The translations under genes and the position numbers were made by a program. From positions 1 through 41,869 of the forward strand of contig CAIUUT010000159.1 in NCBI GenBank assembly GCA_903902445.1: DNA of 41,869 nt, given 5' to 3'. This document shows positions 7,060-17,087 of this stretch, piece after piece. How positions within the stretch are numbered: position 1 is the stretch's first letter; the number at the start of each line of letters is the position of its first letter. The DNA is from an uncultured Candidatus Marinamargulisbacteria bacterium (GTDB lineage Bacteria > Margulisbacteria > Riflemargulisbacteria > GWF2-35-9). The notes under the pieces were generated by a model. The model did no database searches, was not told the DNA's origin, and worked only from the letters and a program-made list of their open reading frames with translations.

Positions 7060-7414
7060 AAAATATCGAATTTTTGCCAAGAATTGCGATGACATATCTT
7101 GTTGGTTATTCTATCCTCAAATCATGGTTTTATAGCGAAAATCTCCTTCTCTGGAATCATAGTAAACTTAATTCTCAAGGTTATCTTTTTGGCAATCGAG
7201 AAGGTGTAATAACGTGCCCTCTGTATCCTGTGCCGTGTATCAACCGTTCACTTGTTCGTAGGAATGATTGGAGCTTAATAGACGTTCACTCAGTTGCGCC
7301 CTAGGGGCTCACTTCTTGGAAAGGCAGCTTGCATATTGTGCTGAAATGCACCCATATCAATGGTCCACTCAAATGGACGATTTGAAATACTCCTCAAAAA
7401 ACTATACGGCAGCT

Positions 7415-8017
7415 TTATTCCCACTTCATCCAAATGCTAATAACGGTAATTATCATTAGTAAAAAAAGGATGTTTCCTACAATTTTTTGAATTTCTTTAG
7501 ATTTGAGTAATACCGTAATTTTATCACCAAGCAATACCCAACTTAGTGCACAAGGAATGCCTATCGCAATAAAGAAACATGCGTACAGAAAAACACTCAG
7601 GTGCATGTTGCTAAAATGAGGCAAAAAAACAGCGGCACTATTTACCCCCATTATCCAAGCCTTCGGATTTACAAACTGCAAAAAAAAGGCAGGAATGAAT
7701 CCAATATATTTCGACGACGAGCTTCCGTGAACAGTTAAATTGCGAATAGCCCACCCTAAACTTACAAGCCAAATGGAGGCCAATATTTTTAGGATTAGAA
7801 CAAATATCGGAATCGATATTAGCAAAGCCCCTATTCCATATCCAGAAATAAGCAAAATAATGAAAAAACCAGAAATGACACCCGCAGTCATGCCTAATGA
7901 TGAACGAAAACCAAAGGCTTTCCCCTGAGCAAGAAGCATGTAATTATTGGGGCCAGGGGTAATCGCCGTAATAAAGGCAAAAAAGAAATAACCTACAAAA
8001 TTAAAATGTCCCATCAT
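7415..8017 (-). CDS. LysE/RhtB-family amino-acid exporter
   Basis: 200 aa and multi-pass hydrophobic. The N-terminal signature FAFITAITPGPNN is typical of the LysE/RhtB family. An AGAGG Shine-Dalgarno lies upstream. Confidence 0.8.
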   Translation of the reverse strand: MMGHFNFVGYFFFAFITAITPGPNNYMLLAQGKAFGFRSSLGMTAGVISGFFIILLISGYGIGALLISIPIFVLILKILASIWLVSLGWAIRNLTVHGSSSSKYIGFIPAFFLQFVNPKAWIMGVNSAAVFLPHFSNMHLSVFLYACFFIAIGIPCALSWVLLGDKITVLLKSKEIQKIVGNILFLLMIITVISIWMKWE

Positions 8018-8124
8018 TTACAACCTCTTTTTCAAATACATTATAATGCAGCTATTAAAGATGGTTTGAGCATGTCGAATTTAGGATTATCTTGTGTCTG
8101 GAGATATTGGGCATTTTCGAAAAT

Positions 8125-8170
8125 CCCCCCTCGTCAACTCACTTGTTTAAGTGTGTAACCCGAGGGGGGG
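8125..8170 (-). terminator. Intrinsic terminator candidate after korB
   Basis: On the minus strand, CCCCCCCTCG...CGAGGGGGG forms a stem of 9 or more bp with an inner CACTT/AAGTG extension, followed by ATTTTCG. It begins 7 nt after the korB stop. Confidence 0.6.
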
Positions 8171-8176
8171 TATTAA

Positions 8177-9076
8177 TTATATTCTGTAACTATCTAAAAT
8201 TTCGTTAAGATTTCCTGGCTTAGCTGAGGCAGTTTGAGCAGCCACCAATTCATCATATTGAAGTTTTGACTCATCTTGGTAAAAAAGACCAAGATAAATC
8301 GGCTCCTCACTAGCATACTTAAAAGCAGCCACGACATCTTTGGGGTCATGCTGCACAACGGTTGTTTGTCCTTGATAACGCTCAGGAACAGATATACCCT
8401 TTTCACTGGTCAGAAAGGAAACCGCATCAAGGCGTGAGTGCTCTACAAAGTCTGGGAAAAAGTGCGGACAACGTTGCCACACATGCACAAAACTAAACCC
8501 CTTATGAGCTCTGGCTTTCTTGAGCGTCTCCAGTAAATGTCCGGGAATCCAATCTGCAGTACTGGCTACAAAAGAACCACCGACGCCTAAAGCAAAACGT
8601 ATCATGTTTAAAGGCTCAATGAGTGCCCCTAAAGGAGTAGTGTTTGTTTTGTGTCCACGAGGTGTGGTGGGCGAAGTTTGCGACTTCGTCAGTGAATAAA
8701 GTCCATTATCGTACATAATAAAAACAATATTGATATTTTTATTAATACCATGTAGTAGATGATTTCCACCAATACTGGCAGCATCGCCATCACCACTATG
8801 AACGATAATATCTAAATCGGGTCGATTTAATCTAAGACCAGTGGCAATAGGAATAGCTCTACCGTGAATACTGTTAATACCATAAGTGTTAATATAATGT
8901 GGCGCTCGACTTGAACAACCAATCCCTGAGACATTAGCTACATGAGCTGGATCCAAGTTATCTTCAATGATGAGTTTTTTCACTGAGTTGATAATGCTAA
9001 AGTTTCCACAACCTTCGCACCAGCGTATTTGATTGGCATTCAAATCTTGCATTGTGAGTTTATTCTCTTCGCTCAT
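8177..9076 (-). CDS. korB: 2-oxoglutarate/2-oxoacid:ferredoxin oxidoreductase, beta (TPP-binding) subunit
   Basis: 299 aa with WCEGCGNFSI and GDGD...GGNH TPP-binding motifs. A GGGGGG Shine-Dalgarno is present. It lies immediately downstream of korA. Confidence 0.9.
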   Translation of the reverse strand: MSEENKLTMQDLNANQIRWCEGCGNFSIINSVKKLIIEDNLDPAHVANVSGIGCSSRAPHYINTYGINSIHGRAIPIATGLRLNRPDLDIIVHSGDGDAASIGGNHLLHGINKNINIVFIMYDNGLYSLTKSQTSPTTPRGHKTNTTPLGALIEPLNMIRFALGVGGSFVASTADWIPGHLLETLKKARAHKGFSFVHVWQRCPHFFPDFVEHSRLDAVSFLTSEKGISVPERYQGQTTVVQHDPKDVVAAFKYASEEPIYLGLFYQDESKLQYDELVAAQTASAKPGNLNEILDSYRI

Positions 9077-9078
9077 GA

Positions 9079-10911
9079 CTATATCCCCCCTTTTGTCTTG
9101 AGTTCTAAAATTTTGGCTTTTACCTCATTGGGAGTAACTGGACGTCCCGTTGCTTCCGCGATTATGGCTTTTACATCCACTAAGGTTTCGTTACGCAGTA
9201 ACATGGTTATAGGTGATGATTTTTTCTCATCTCCATAGGCACGCTCCACCGTCACAATATTTTTGAACTTCGAAAATATTTCTTTGAGCATCGCTGGGAA
9301 TGGGTAGACAATCTTAAGTTGCAAGCTAGAAACGCTCACACCTTCTGCCTTAAGTTTAATAACAGCTTCCTCTATTGCTCCTCTGGTTGTTCCCCAGCTT
9401 ACAATTAGGAAATCTCCCTCTTTTTCACCAAATATCTTTGGCTCAAGCAGAGCATTTTGTAGGGTGTGTATCTTCTGATTACGGATTTTATGAGCACGTT
9501 TCTGAGTGACGGTAGAGGTACTAATTAGCCCCTCTTTGTTGGTCACCAGCCCCGTAAGTCTTCGCATCTTTTCTGGAGTACCCGGAACGGACTGATTTTC
9601 ATTAACCATTTCAATATACTCAGGCAAACGAGCCAATCCAAAGCGAGCCAAAACTTCATCATTAATATCTTCAACAGAATTCATAGAATAAGGAGTTAAT
9701 TTGGGAATAACGGTCTGACTGCTGGACTCAAATCCATCACTCATAATCATCACCGGAACTCTTAACTTCTCTGTAAGGTAGCGCGCTACATGGGGAGCAT
9801 AGAAGCAATCGGCCACATCGGTCACACTAAGGATGACGCGGACACTATCACCATGAGTACCAAAAAGAGCTGCCAGTAAATCTGACTGCTCCGTGCGCGT
9901 TGGTAACCCTGTTGCTGGACCTCCACGTTGGACATCGATAACCACTAATGGCGTTTCAGTTGCTACTGCTAAGCCAATAAACTCTTGCTTAAGAGATAAA
10001 CCTGGGCCAGACGTAGCCGTAATAGAAGGAACGCCTCCGTAATAACCACCAATTGCAGCACCAATAGCCGCTATTTCGTCTTCGGCCTGATGAATTCTTC
10101 CACCAAAAGAGGGCAAATTCTTAGCTAGATTATGCATAATAGAACTGGCAGGGGTTATTGGATAACCGGCAAAAAACTTAAATCCTGCATCAATCACTCC
10201 CAAAGCCATAGCGGTATTACCATCAATAAGAATCTTATCTTCGCCTTGCTTTGCCCTGGCTTCTACTTCCACAGTAAAACCTATTTTCGTTTTGGCTAAT
10301 TCATAACCACTTTTGAAAATTGTAATGTTTTGCGCCATACGATCAGCCGTTATTTTACCAAACGTTTTTTCGATAACGGCCAAAACAATATCCATGTCTA
10401 TTTGAAAAATGTAGGTAAGAATACCCAGATAATACATATTATTACCCGTGCCACGTCCTGCGTCGCGACTAATGCTACTCATTAACTCTTTGGTTTGTTC
10501 ATCAATATAAAAGGGAATGACTTCCAAGCCTTTGGCCTTCACTTCTTCAATGACTTGCGCATAACTCTGCGCATTTTTTGCTTCATGCTCCATATCTAAC
10601 AAAATTTTACAGGGAGTGTGATATTCCATATCCTCTAAACGACGGCTAAGTAATATTTCATGTGAAGCAAGAATAACGTCGGAATCATTCCCTATTCCGC
10701 TAATATCAAAATCTGCAATACGGATAATAACCCCAGACATTGAAAATTTGGTACGACGAGGTGGACTAATTTCAGACGGAATAATAGGTTCAGATACGAC
10801 GTATCTTCCATTTCTGGCCAGCGCTTTTACTAGGATATCTCCTGCTTTCTGCGCACCATCACCAGCATCCATTAAAATCTCAAAACGGACAAGACTCGTT
10901 TGTGTTTTCAT
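9079..10911 (-). CDS. korA: 2-oxoglutarate/2-oxoacid:ferredoxin oxidoreductase, alpha subunit with fused gamma-like N-terminal domain
   Basis: 610 aa. The N-terminal ~190 aa resemble the OFOR gamma domain. They are followed by the alpha domain (GNTAMALGVIDAG...GYPITPAS...ATSGPGLSL). Confidence 0.9.
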   Translation of the reverse strand: MKTQTSLVRFEILMDAGDGAQKAGDILVKALARNGRYVVSEPIIPSEISPPRRTKFSMSGVIIRIADFDISGIGNDSDVILASHEILLSRRLEDMEYHTPCKILLDMEHEAKNAQSYAQVIEEVKAKGLEVIPFYIDEQTKELMSSISRDAGRGTGNNMYYLGILTYIFQIDMDIVLAVIEKTFGKITADRMAQNITIFKSGYELAKTKIGFTVEVEARAKQGEDKILIDGNTAMALGVIDAGFKFFAGYPITPASSIMHNLAKNLPSFGGRIHQAEDEIAAIGAAIGGYYGGVPSITATSGPGLSLKQEFIGLAVATETPLVVIDVQRGGPATGLPTRTEQSDLLAALFGTHGDSVRVILSVTDVADCFYAPHVARYLTEKLRVPVMIMSDGFESSSQTVIPKLTPYSMNSVEDINDEVLARFGLARLPEYIEMVNENQSVPGTPEKMRRLTGLVTNKEGLISTSTVTQKRAHKIRNQKIHTLQNALLEPKIFGEKEGDFLIVSWGTTRGAIEEAVIKLKAEGVSVSSLQLKIVYPFPAMLKEIFSKFKNIVTVERAYGDEKKSSPITMLLRNETLVDVKAIIAEATGRPVTPNEVKAKILELKTKGGI

Positions 10912-10960
10912 GTTTCCCCCCTAATGATTATGAATATATTACTGTATTTATTTGCAAAAT

Positions 10961-11833
10961 TCAAACTCTCAAAGATTTGGCGATTACTTCACCAATAATA
11001 TCGGGACGATCCAAGACAGTAACACCCGCCTGTTCTAAAGCCCTAACCTTATCGGCAGCGGTTCCCTTACCACCAGAAATAATTGCACCAGCATGCCCCA
11101 TACGCTTGCCTTGCGGTGCGGTTTTTCCTGCAATAAAACTAAAAACGGGTTTTGAAACGTATTTCTTAATGTACTCAGCAGCAGCCTCTTCATCGGTACC
11201 ACCTATTTCACCTAAGAGAACAATTTGATGTGTATCTGGATCATTTTGGAATAAATGTAGCACTTCAATATAATTAATTCCCTTCACAGGATCTCCACCA
11301 ATACCCACAACCGTACTTTGCCCAAGTCCTGCTTGTGTAATACTACTAACCACTTCATAAGTTAATGTACCACTACGGCTAATTAAACCTACATTTCCTT
11401 GTCGATGAATACTTCCAGGCATAATTCCAATTTTGCATTTACCTGGAGAGATTACCCCCGGACAATTACCACCGATCAATATAATATTTTTATTTTGTAA
11501 ATAATTATAAGCTCTAAGCATATCTAATACAGGTATACCTTCGGAGATACAAACAATTAAGCCAAGTCCAGCATCAGCAGCTTCATAAATGGCGTCAACT
11601 GCGAGCATAGCAGGAACATATATTACCGAAGCATTGGCATCAGTTGCCTTTACCGCTTCACTAACAGTATTAAATACTGGTATACCGTCCACATCCTGTC
11701 CACCTTTTCCAGGAGTTACACCACCCACAACTTGGGTACCATAATCCCTCATGGCCTTAGCATGAAAAGAGCCATCTCGGCCTGTAATTCCTTGCACTAG
11801 AACTTTTGTATTTTGATCAACGATTATTGACAT
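10961..11833 (-). CDS. sucD: Succinate--CoA ligase (ADP-forming) subunit alpha
   Basis: 290 aa: [24 protein letters not shown]..., SRSGTLTYE, and the phospho-His loop GHAGAII. Confidence 0.95.
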   Translation of the reverse strand: MSIIVDQNTKVLVQGITGRDGSFHAKAMRDYGTQVVGGVTPGKGGQDVDGIPVFNTVSEAVKATDANASVIYVPAMLAVDAIYEAADAGLGLIVCISEGIPVLDMLRAYNYLQNKNIILIGGNCPGVISPGKCKIGIMPGSIHRQGNVGLISRSGTLTYEVVSSITQAGLGQSTVVGIGGDPVKGINYIEVLHLFQNDPDTHQIVLLGEIGGTDEEAAAEYIKKYVSKPVFSFIAGKTAPQGKRMGHAGAIISGGKGTAADKVRALEQAGVTVLDRPDIIGEVIAKSLRV

Positions 11834-12971
11834 TTTGCTCTCCTTTTGCCAAAGCTACAACTTCCCTAACCGCATCTTCCATTTTGGAATAGGCCGTAAA
11901 CTTATTTTCACTTAAAATTTGTCTGGCTTTTTCTTCGTTAGTTCCCGCCAAGCGAATAACCACTGGCAAGTGAATGTCCATTTGCTGGCTAGCTGAAATT
12001 AACCCATTAGCGATGTCATCACAACGGGTAATACCACCAAAGATATTAATAAACACAGCTTTTATTTTCTTATTCTTTAATAGTAATTGAAAGGCCTTAA
12101 CTATTTTTTGTGGATTAGAGCTTCCCCCTACGTCCAGAAAATTCGCAGGCTCTCCGCCAAATAGTTTCACGATGTCCATAGTGGCCATGGCCAGTCCAGC
12201 ACCGTTTACCACACAACCAATTTCACCATCAAGCTTTATGAAACTTAAACCATTATTTTTGGCATCAATTTCATCTAACTCTTCTTCTTCTGGATCGTTT
12301 AACGCCATTAACTCTGGATGTTTATCTAACGCATTATCATCAAAGTTTATCTTAGCATCAATCGCCAGTAATTTTCCCTGTTTAGTCACAACTAAAGGGT
12401 TGATTTCCGCTAAGGAACAATCTGTTTCGATAAAAGCCTTATAGAGTTTCTTAAACAAATCTCTAGCCGCTTTATTTTGTTCTGGATCAGAAAAAAGCTC
12501 AAAAGCCAACTGTCTGGCTTGAAAGTCACGCATACCTAGAAGAGGATCGATGTAGATTTTTTTTATTTTTTCAGGCATTGTAGCCGCAACTTCTTCAATA
12601 TCCACGCCACCCGCAGCACTCACCAAAAAAACAATCTTCTTACAACTAAGATCTAAGGTAACTCCTGCATAAATTTCTCGATCGATATCCACTCCATCAG
12701 CCACAAGAACCTTCTTTACGGTACAACCTTTTATATCCATACCCAAAATTTCTTTAGCCACCTGATAGGCCTGATCTGAGTTGTGCGCAAGTTTTACGCC
12801 ACCGGCTTTTCCTCTACCTCCCACATGTACCTGAGCTTTAACCACCACAGTTTTCCCCACTTCAGAAGCATACGCAGCAGCTTCCTCCGGTGTACTGGCT
12901 ACCCTTCCAGGATTAACTGGAATACCATACTTCTCAAAGATGTCTTTGGCTTGATATTCGTGAATTTTCAT
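11817..12971 (-). CDS. sucC: Succinate--CoA ligase (ADP-forming) subunit beta
   Basis: 384 aa: [19 protein letters not shown]..., an ATP-grasp fold, and GGITRCD. Overlaps sucD by 17 nt. Confidence 0.95.
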   Translation of the reverse strand: MKIHEYQAKDIFEKYGIPVNPGRVASTPEEAAAYASEVGKTVVVKAQVHVGGRGKAGGVKLAHNSDQAYQVAKEILGMDIKGCTVKKVLVADGVDIDREIYAGVTLDLSCKKIVFLVSAAGGVDIEEVAATMPEKIKKIYIDPLLGMRDFQARQLAFELFSDPEQNKAARDLFKKLYKAFIETDCSLAEINPLVVTKQGKLLAIDAKINFDDNALDKHPELMALNDPEEEELDEIDAKNNGLSFIKLDGEIGCVVNGAGLAMATMDIVKLFGGEPANFLDVGGSSNPQKIVKAFQLLLKNKKIKAVFINIFGGITRCDDIANGLISASQQMDIHLPVVIRLAGTNEEKARQILSENKFTAYSKMEDAVREVVALAKGEQNVNNR

Positions 12972-13071
12972 ATCTTATCCCTTATCCTTTCTAGCAAAAT
13001 TTAAGATCACCCATTATTTATTCATCTTAATAAGAATACAAGATCTAATTTAATTTTCTAAAAATAATTAG

Positions 13072-13824
13072 TTAATTTAAAAGAGCTCGTAAATATTCTT
13101 TATTAAGACGGGCGATGTTAGTAACACTAATTCCCTTTGGACACACAATCTCGCATTCATAACTGTTGGAACAATTACCAAAACCTTCCTTATCCATCTG
13201 GGTCAACATCTCTGAGACTCGTTTTTCACGCTCTGGATGTCCTTGCGGAAGCAACGCTAATTGACTAACTTTTGCGGCTGTATACAACATAGCCGCAGCA
13301 TTAGGACAAGCAGCGGCACAAGCACCACATCCTATACATTGGGCCGCATCCATGGCCGCTTCTGCATTCTCTTTTCTAATAAGAATACTGTTGGCATCTG
13401 GAGCACTTCCCGTTCTTACAGAAACATAACCACCCTTAGCGATAATCCTCGTTAGAGAACTACGGTCAATAATTAAGTCTTTAATTAGAGGCATAGCTTT
13501 AGCTCTAAATGGCTCAACGATAATAGTATCATTATTTTCGAAAAGTCTCATATGTAACTGACAAAGTGTTGTTTCACGTTGTGGACCATGAGCATGACCA
13601 TTCACCATAGCACCGCAGCAACCACAAATACCTTCACGGCAATCCGTTTCAAAAGCCACTGGTTGTTTACCAGCTAAGGCAAGTTCTTCATTTAAAACAT
13701 CGAGCATTTCCACAAAAGAAGCATCTGTATCGATATCCTTAAGTTTATATGTTTCAAACTTTCCTTTTGCTTTATTACTTTCCTGACGCCATATTTTCAG
13801 AGTTAAGGCAAGTTTCTTTCCCAT
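13072..13824 (-). CDS. sdhB: Succinate dehydrogenase / fumarate reductase iron-sulfur subunit
   Basis: 250 aa with a 2Fe-2S motif (CREGICGCCGAMVNG) and CIGCGACAAACP / CEIVCPKGI cluster motifs. Confidence 0.9.
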   Translation of the reverse strand: MGKKLALTLKIWRQESNKAKGKFETYKLKDIDTDASFVEMLDVLNEELALAGKQPVAFETDCREGICGCCGAMVNGHAHGPQRETTLCQLHMRLFENNDTIIVEPFRAKAMPLIKDLIIDRSSLTRIIAKGGYVSVRTGSAPDANSILIRKENAEAAMDAAQCIGCGACAAACPNAAAMLYTAAKVSQLALLPQGHPEREKRVSEMLTQMDKEGFGNCSNSYECEIVCPKGISVTNIARLNKEYLRALLN

Positions 13825-15734
13825 TACTTATAACTCCTCTCTGCTAATTTTACTTCTGTAAAACTAAGTTCTTCTTTATGCATAATCGGTGTTTCTCCAT
13901 TTTGATACTGCCAAGCAGAAACAAATGAAAATTCTGCATCATTACGCTTGGCTTCACCTTCTGGAGTTTGGCTTTCTTCGCGAAAATGTCCACCGCAAGA
14001 TTCTTTTCGTTGATTTGCATCCATAAGTAAAAGCTGCGCAAATTCAAAGAAATCAGCAACTCTTCCAGCACGTTCTAGCGATTGATTAAGCTCTTTTCCA
14101 CTTCCAGGAATCAAAACATTTTCCCAAAATTCAGATTTTAGTTCACCCACCCTTTGCAAGGCTTCCTTTAAGCTTGTTTCATTTCGACTCATTCCACATT
14201 TTTCCCACATTATGTGACCTAATTCTTTATGGAAAGAATCAACCGTTCTGGTACCTTTAATACTTAATAGTTTATTGATTCGAGTATTAATATTTTCCGT
14301 GGCTTGCCTAAAAGCTTCATGATTAATCGTCACCTTGCCAGGTTTTTCACTATCTAAATAATTACCAATTGTATAAGGAATAACAAAATAGCCATCCCCT
14401 AACCCCTGCATTAAAGCACTCGCTCCAAGTCTATTTGCACCGTGATCCGAGAAGTTTGCCTCTCCTAACACAAAAAGCCCTGGCAAATTACTCATTAAAT
14501 TGTAGTCTACCCAAAGACCGCCCATGGCGTAATGAATAGCGGGATAAATCATCATGGGGGTTTCGTAAGGATTTTCACCGGTTATCCTTTGATACATATC
14601 AAAAAGATTTCCATATTTTTCTTTTATAGTGTCTTTACCTTGACGCGCAATAGCATCACGGAAGTCTAGATATACAGCAAACCCCGTTTCGCCAACACCT
14701 TTACCTTGGTCGCATTGTTCCTTAGCATTGCGAGAAGCAATATCACGGGGAACTAAATTTCCAAAGCGAGGATATTTATTCTCTAAGTAATAATCGCGCT
14801 CTTCTTCTGGAATATCACTAGCTTTACGCTTATCGCGTTTGGTTTTAGGAACCCATACACGCCCATCATTACGTAAACTCTCACTCATTAGAGTAAGTTT
14901 AGATTGATAAGAACCATGTACTGGTATACAAGTGGGATGAATCTGTGTGTAACAAGGGTTGGAAAAATAGGCACCTTTCTTATAGGCCTGCCAAGCGGCA
15001 GATACATTAGAGTTTTGAGCATTTGTAGAAAGGTAGAACGTGTTTCCATAGCCACCGGTAGCTAAAATTACTGCATCCGCACTATGAGACTCTAACTCAC
15101 CAGTTAGTAAATTACGGACAATAATACCTTTGGCATGTCCATCAACTACTACCAAATCAACCATATCTCTTCTGGTATACATGGTCACCGAACCTTTTTC
15201 AACTTCTTTCATAAGTGCTCCGTAGGCACCAAGTAATAATTGCTGTCCTGTCTGTCCTCTTGCAAAAAAAGTACGCGAAACCTGTGCTCCACCAAAGGAA
15301 CGATTATCAAGTAAACCGCCATATTCTCTAGCAAAGGGAACACCTTGAGCCACACACTGGTCTATTATGAGATTACTTATTTCGGCTAAGCGATAAACAT
15401 TGGCTTCACGACTGCGAAAGTCTCCACCTTTTACCGTATCATAAAAAAGTCGATAGACACTGTCCCCATCATTAGGATAATTTTTTGCTGCGTTAATTCC
15501 ACCTTGAGCGGCTACGCTGTGCGCTCGTCTTGGGCTGTCATGAAAAGTAAAGGATTTAACATTATACCCCATCTCGCCCAGTGAAGCAGCTGCGGAACTA
15601 CCAGCTAACCCAGTACCAACTACAATTACTGTATATTTTCTTTTATTGGCTGGATTAACTAATTTTGAATTAAATTTATGTTTCGTCCATTTATCTTGTA
15701 TCTCACCTTCAGGAACATTACCGTTTATAATCAT
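13824..15734 (-). CDS. sdhA: Succinate dehydrogenase / fumarate reductase flavoprotein subunit
   Basis: 636 aa with the FAD fold [14 protein letters not shown], the covalent-FAD His region [13 protein letters not shown], and HYAMGG. Confidence 0.9.
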   Translation of the reverse strand: MIINGNVPEGEIQDKWTKHKFNSKLVNPANKRKYTVIVVGTGLAGSSAAASLGEMGYNVKSFTFHDSPRRAHSVAAQGGINAAKNYPNDGDSVYRLFYDTVKGGDFRSREANVYRLAEISNLIIDQCVAQGVPFAREYGGLLDNRSFGGAQVSRTFFARGQTGQQLLLGAYGALMKEVEKGSVTMYTRRDMVDLVVVDGHAKGIIVRNLLTGELESHSADAVILATGGYGNTFYLSTNAQNSNVSAAWQAYKKGAYFSNPCYTQIHPTCIPVHGSYQSKLTLMSESLRNDGRVWVPKTKRDKRKASDIPEEERDYYLENKYPRFGNLVPRDIASRNAKEQCDQGKGVGETGFAVYLDFRDAIARQGKDTIKEKYGNLFDMYQRITGENPYETPMMIYPAIHYAMGGLWVDYNLMSNLPGLFVLGEANFSDHGANRLGASALMQGLGDGYFVIPYTIGNYLDSEKPGKVTINHEAFRQATENINTRINKLLSIKGTRTVDSFHKELGHIMWEKCGMSRNETSLKEALQRVGELKSEFWENVLIPGSGKELNQSLERAGRVADFFEFAQLLLMDANQRKESCGGHFREESQTPEGEAKRNDAEFSFVSAWQYQNGETPIMHKEELSFTEVKLAERSYK

Positions 15735-16400
15735 TTAGTGCACCACCGCATATATAATAATAGAAACAAAACCGACCGTTACGCTAATACCGAGAAAGTA
15801 ACTTAGCAAATTAAACCAAAAGACATATCTTCCAGGACGTAGGTTTAAGGTTTGTAACGCACTCTGCAAAGCATGACTTAAGTGCAATCCCACAATAAGC
15901 ATTATAAAAGCATAACCTCCAAGTCTCCAAGGATTGGCAAAAGAGTTCATTACCATACCGTATAAACCAAGATCCTCGCCTCTCCATACACAAGAGGTTG
16001 CTGCTTCCTTAGCAAAAGCAAAATCATAAAGATGCACGACCAAAAACAACAAAATGATAGCACCAGTATACGGCATCATACGCGAGGCAAAAGAACGAGG
16101 CTCTGAGGCTATGGCAGATTTATAGCGAATACTTCTGGCTCTAAAATTTTCTGTAACCAAAATAATGGTAAAGACAATATGCACTACAAACATAAGCGCA
16201 AAAAAAGCTTCAATAATTTCTAAAACAAACCCCATTGAATGCAAGAGTTTTGCGTAACCATTAAATGCCTGCGCTCCACGTAATATTTGAAGATTTCCTA
16301 ATAAGTGTGGAAGGATGAATATAGCAATTAAGACTAACCCTGAAAAAGCAATGATTTGTTTTTTCCCTATTGAAGATGAAATATACTTACTTATTTTCAT
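15735..16400 (-). CDS. sdhC: Succinate dehydrogenase / fumarate reductase cytochrome b subunit (single large type-B anchor)
   Basis: 221 aa with about five hydrophobic helices and several conserved His. Gene order C-A-B matches B. subtilis sdhCAB and Wolinella frdCAB. Confidence 0.75.
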   Translation of the reverse strand: MKISKYISSSIGKKQIIAFSGLVLIAIFILPHLLGNLQILRGAQAFNGYAKLLHSMGFVLEIIEAFFALMFVVHIVFTIILVTENFRARSIRYKSAIASEPRSFASRMMPYTGAIILLFLVVHLYDFAFAKEAATSCVWRGEDLGLYGMVMNSFANPWRLGGYAFIMLIVGLHLSHALQSALQTLNLRPGRYVFWFNLLSYFLGISVTVGFVSIIIYAVVH

Positions 16401-16888
16401 AATTCTCCCTTTTCATTTTGAATCAAATTTTGTGCCGCTAATTTACTGTATTTATCGGCCCAATGCAATGTTTGAGCAATTTCTTGCTCGGTTACAGTTC
16501 TCTTTACTTTAGCGGGCATACCTACCACTAAACTTGCACTTGGCACAACCATATTCTCTGGCACCAAGGCTCCGGCGGCAATGATACAATCATCACCTAT
16601 TTGAGCTCCATTAAGTATAATAGAGCCCATTCCCACTAAAACCTTACTACCTATTGTAGCTCCGTGAATGGTAACATTATGACCGATCACGCAATCTCTA
16701 CCAATAACAACTGGCTTATCATCCGCTACATGGAGACAACATAAATCCTGAATATTTGTATTTTCTCCAATTGTAATGGTGTTAATATCGGCCCGCAATA
16801 CGGAGTTGTACCAAACCGAAGCCCCTGCACCAATACTTACCCTGCCAATTAATTTCGCTCCCTGCGCTATAAATACATTATTTTCCAT
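16397..16888 (-). CDS. Gamma-carbonic-anhydrase-family / hexapeptide-repeat protein (YrdA/PaaY-like)
   Basis: 163 aa left-handed beta-helix: VWYNSVLRADINTITIGENTNIQD..CLH...IGHNVTIHG. All three zinc-ligand His positions are present. The stop overlaps the sdhC start (ATGA). Confidence 0.8.
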   Translation of the reverse strand: MENNVFIAQGAKLIGRVSIGAGASVWYNSVLRADINTITIGENTNIQDLCCLHVADDKPVVIGRDCVIGHNVTIHGATIGSKVLVGMGSIILNGAQIGDDCIIAAGALVPENMVVPSASLVVGMPAKVKRTVTEQEIAQTLHWADKYSKLAAQNLIQNEKGEL

Positions 16889-16970
16889 ATAATACCTTAT
16901 AAATAAACTTTATAAACTAAACCCCAATGTATCTCTTGAAAACTAATAAAAGCAAGGGATACACCCCCCA

Positions 16971-16992
16971 TTATGCAATGCACTTTGCATAA
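16971..16992. promoter_or_regulatory. Candidate operator: perfect palindrome TTATGCAA-N6-TTGCATAA
   Basis: Perfect 8-bp arms separated by 6 nt. It lies in the centre of the 199-bp divergent region between citrate synthase (+) and the gamma-CA-sdh-suc-kor gene string (-). Confidence 0.35.
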
Positions 16993-17087
16993 CATTTTAA
17001 ATAGTTTACTCCAAAAATAAAAAAAAATATACCCCAGTAGAAAAAAGTACGCTAAAATAAAAAAAAATTTATTGGAGGAACGTAAAT

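Noticed and set aside
6834-7095. ORFs 6834..7040 (+) and 6844..7095 (-) from the six-frame track.
   Set aside because: They overlap the 3' half of the tmRNA gene and the inverted repeat. They are artefacts of an RNA gene region.
7299-7345. SRP (4.5S) RNA-like element: CTT-GGAA-AGGCAGC resembles the GGAA tetraloop / AGCAGC of SRP helix 8.
   Set aside because: The 5' side of the conserved loops does not match. No complementary 5'/3' closing helix exists around it.
7074-7459. ORFs 7074..7304 (76 aa, TTG start) and 7268..7459 (63 aa).
   Set aside because: They have no Shine-Dalgarno and no recognisable protein motifs. The second runs into the 3' end of the convergent LysE-family gene. The region is treated as non-coding of unknown function.
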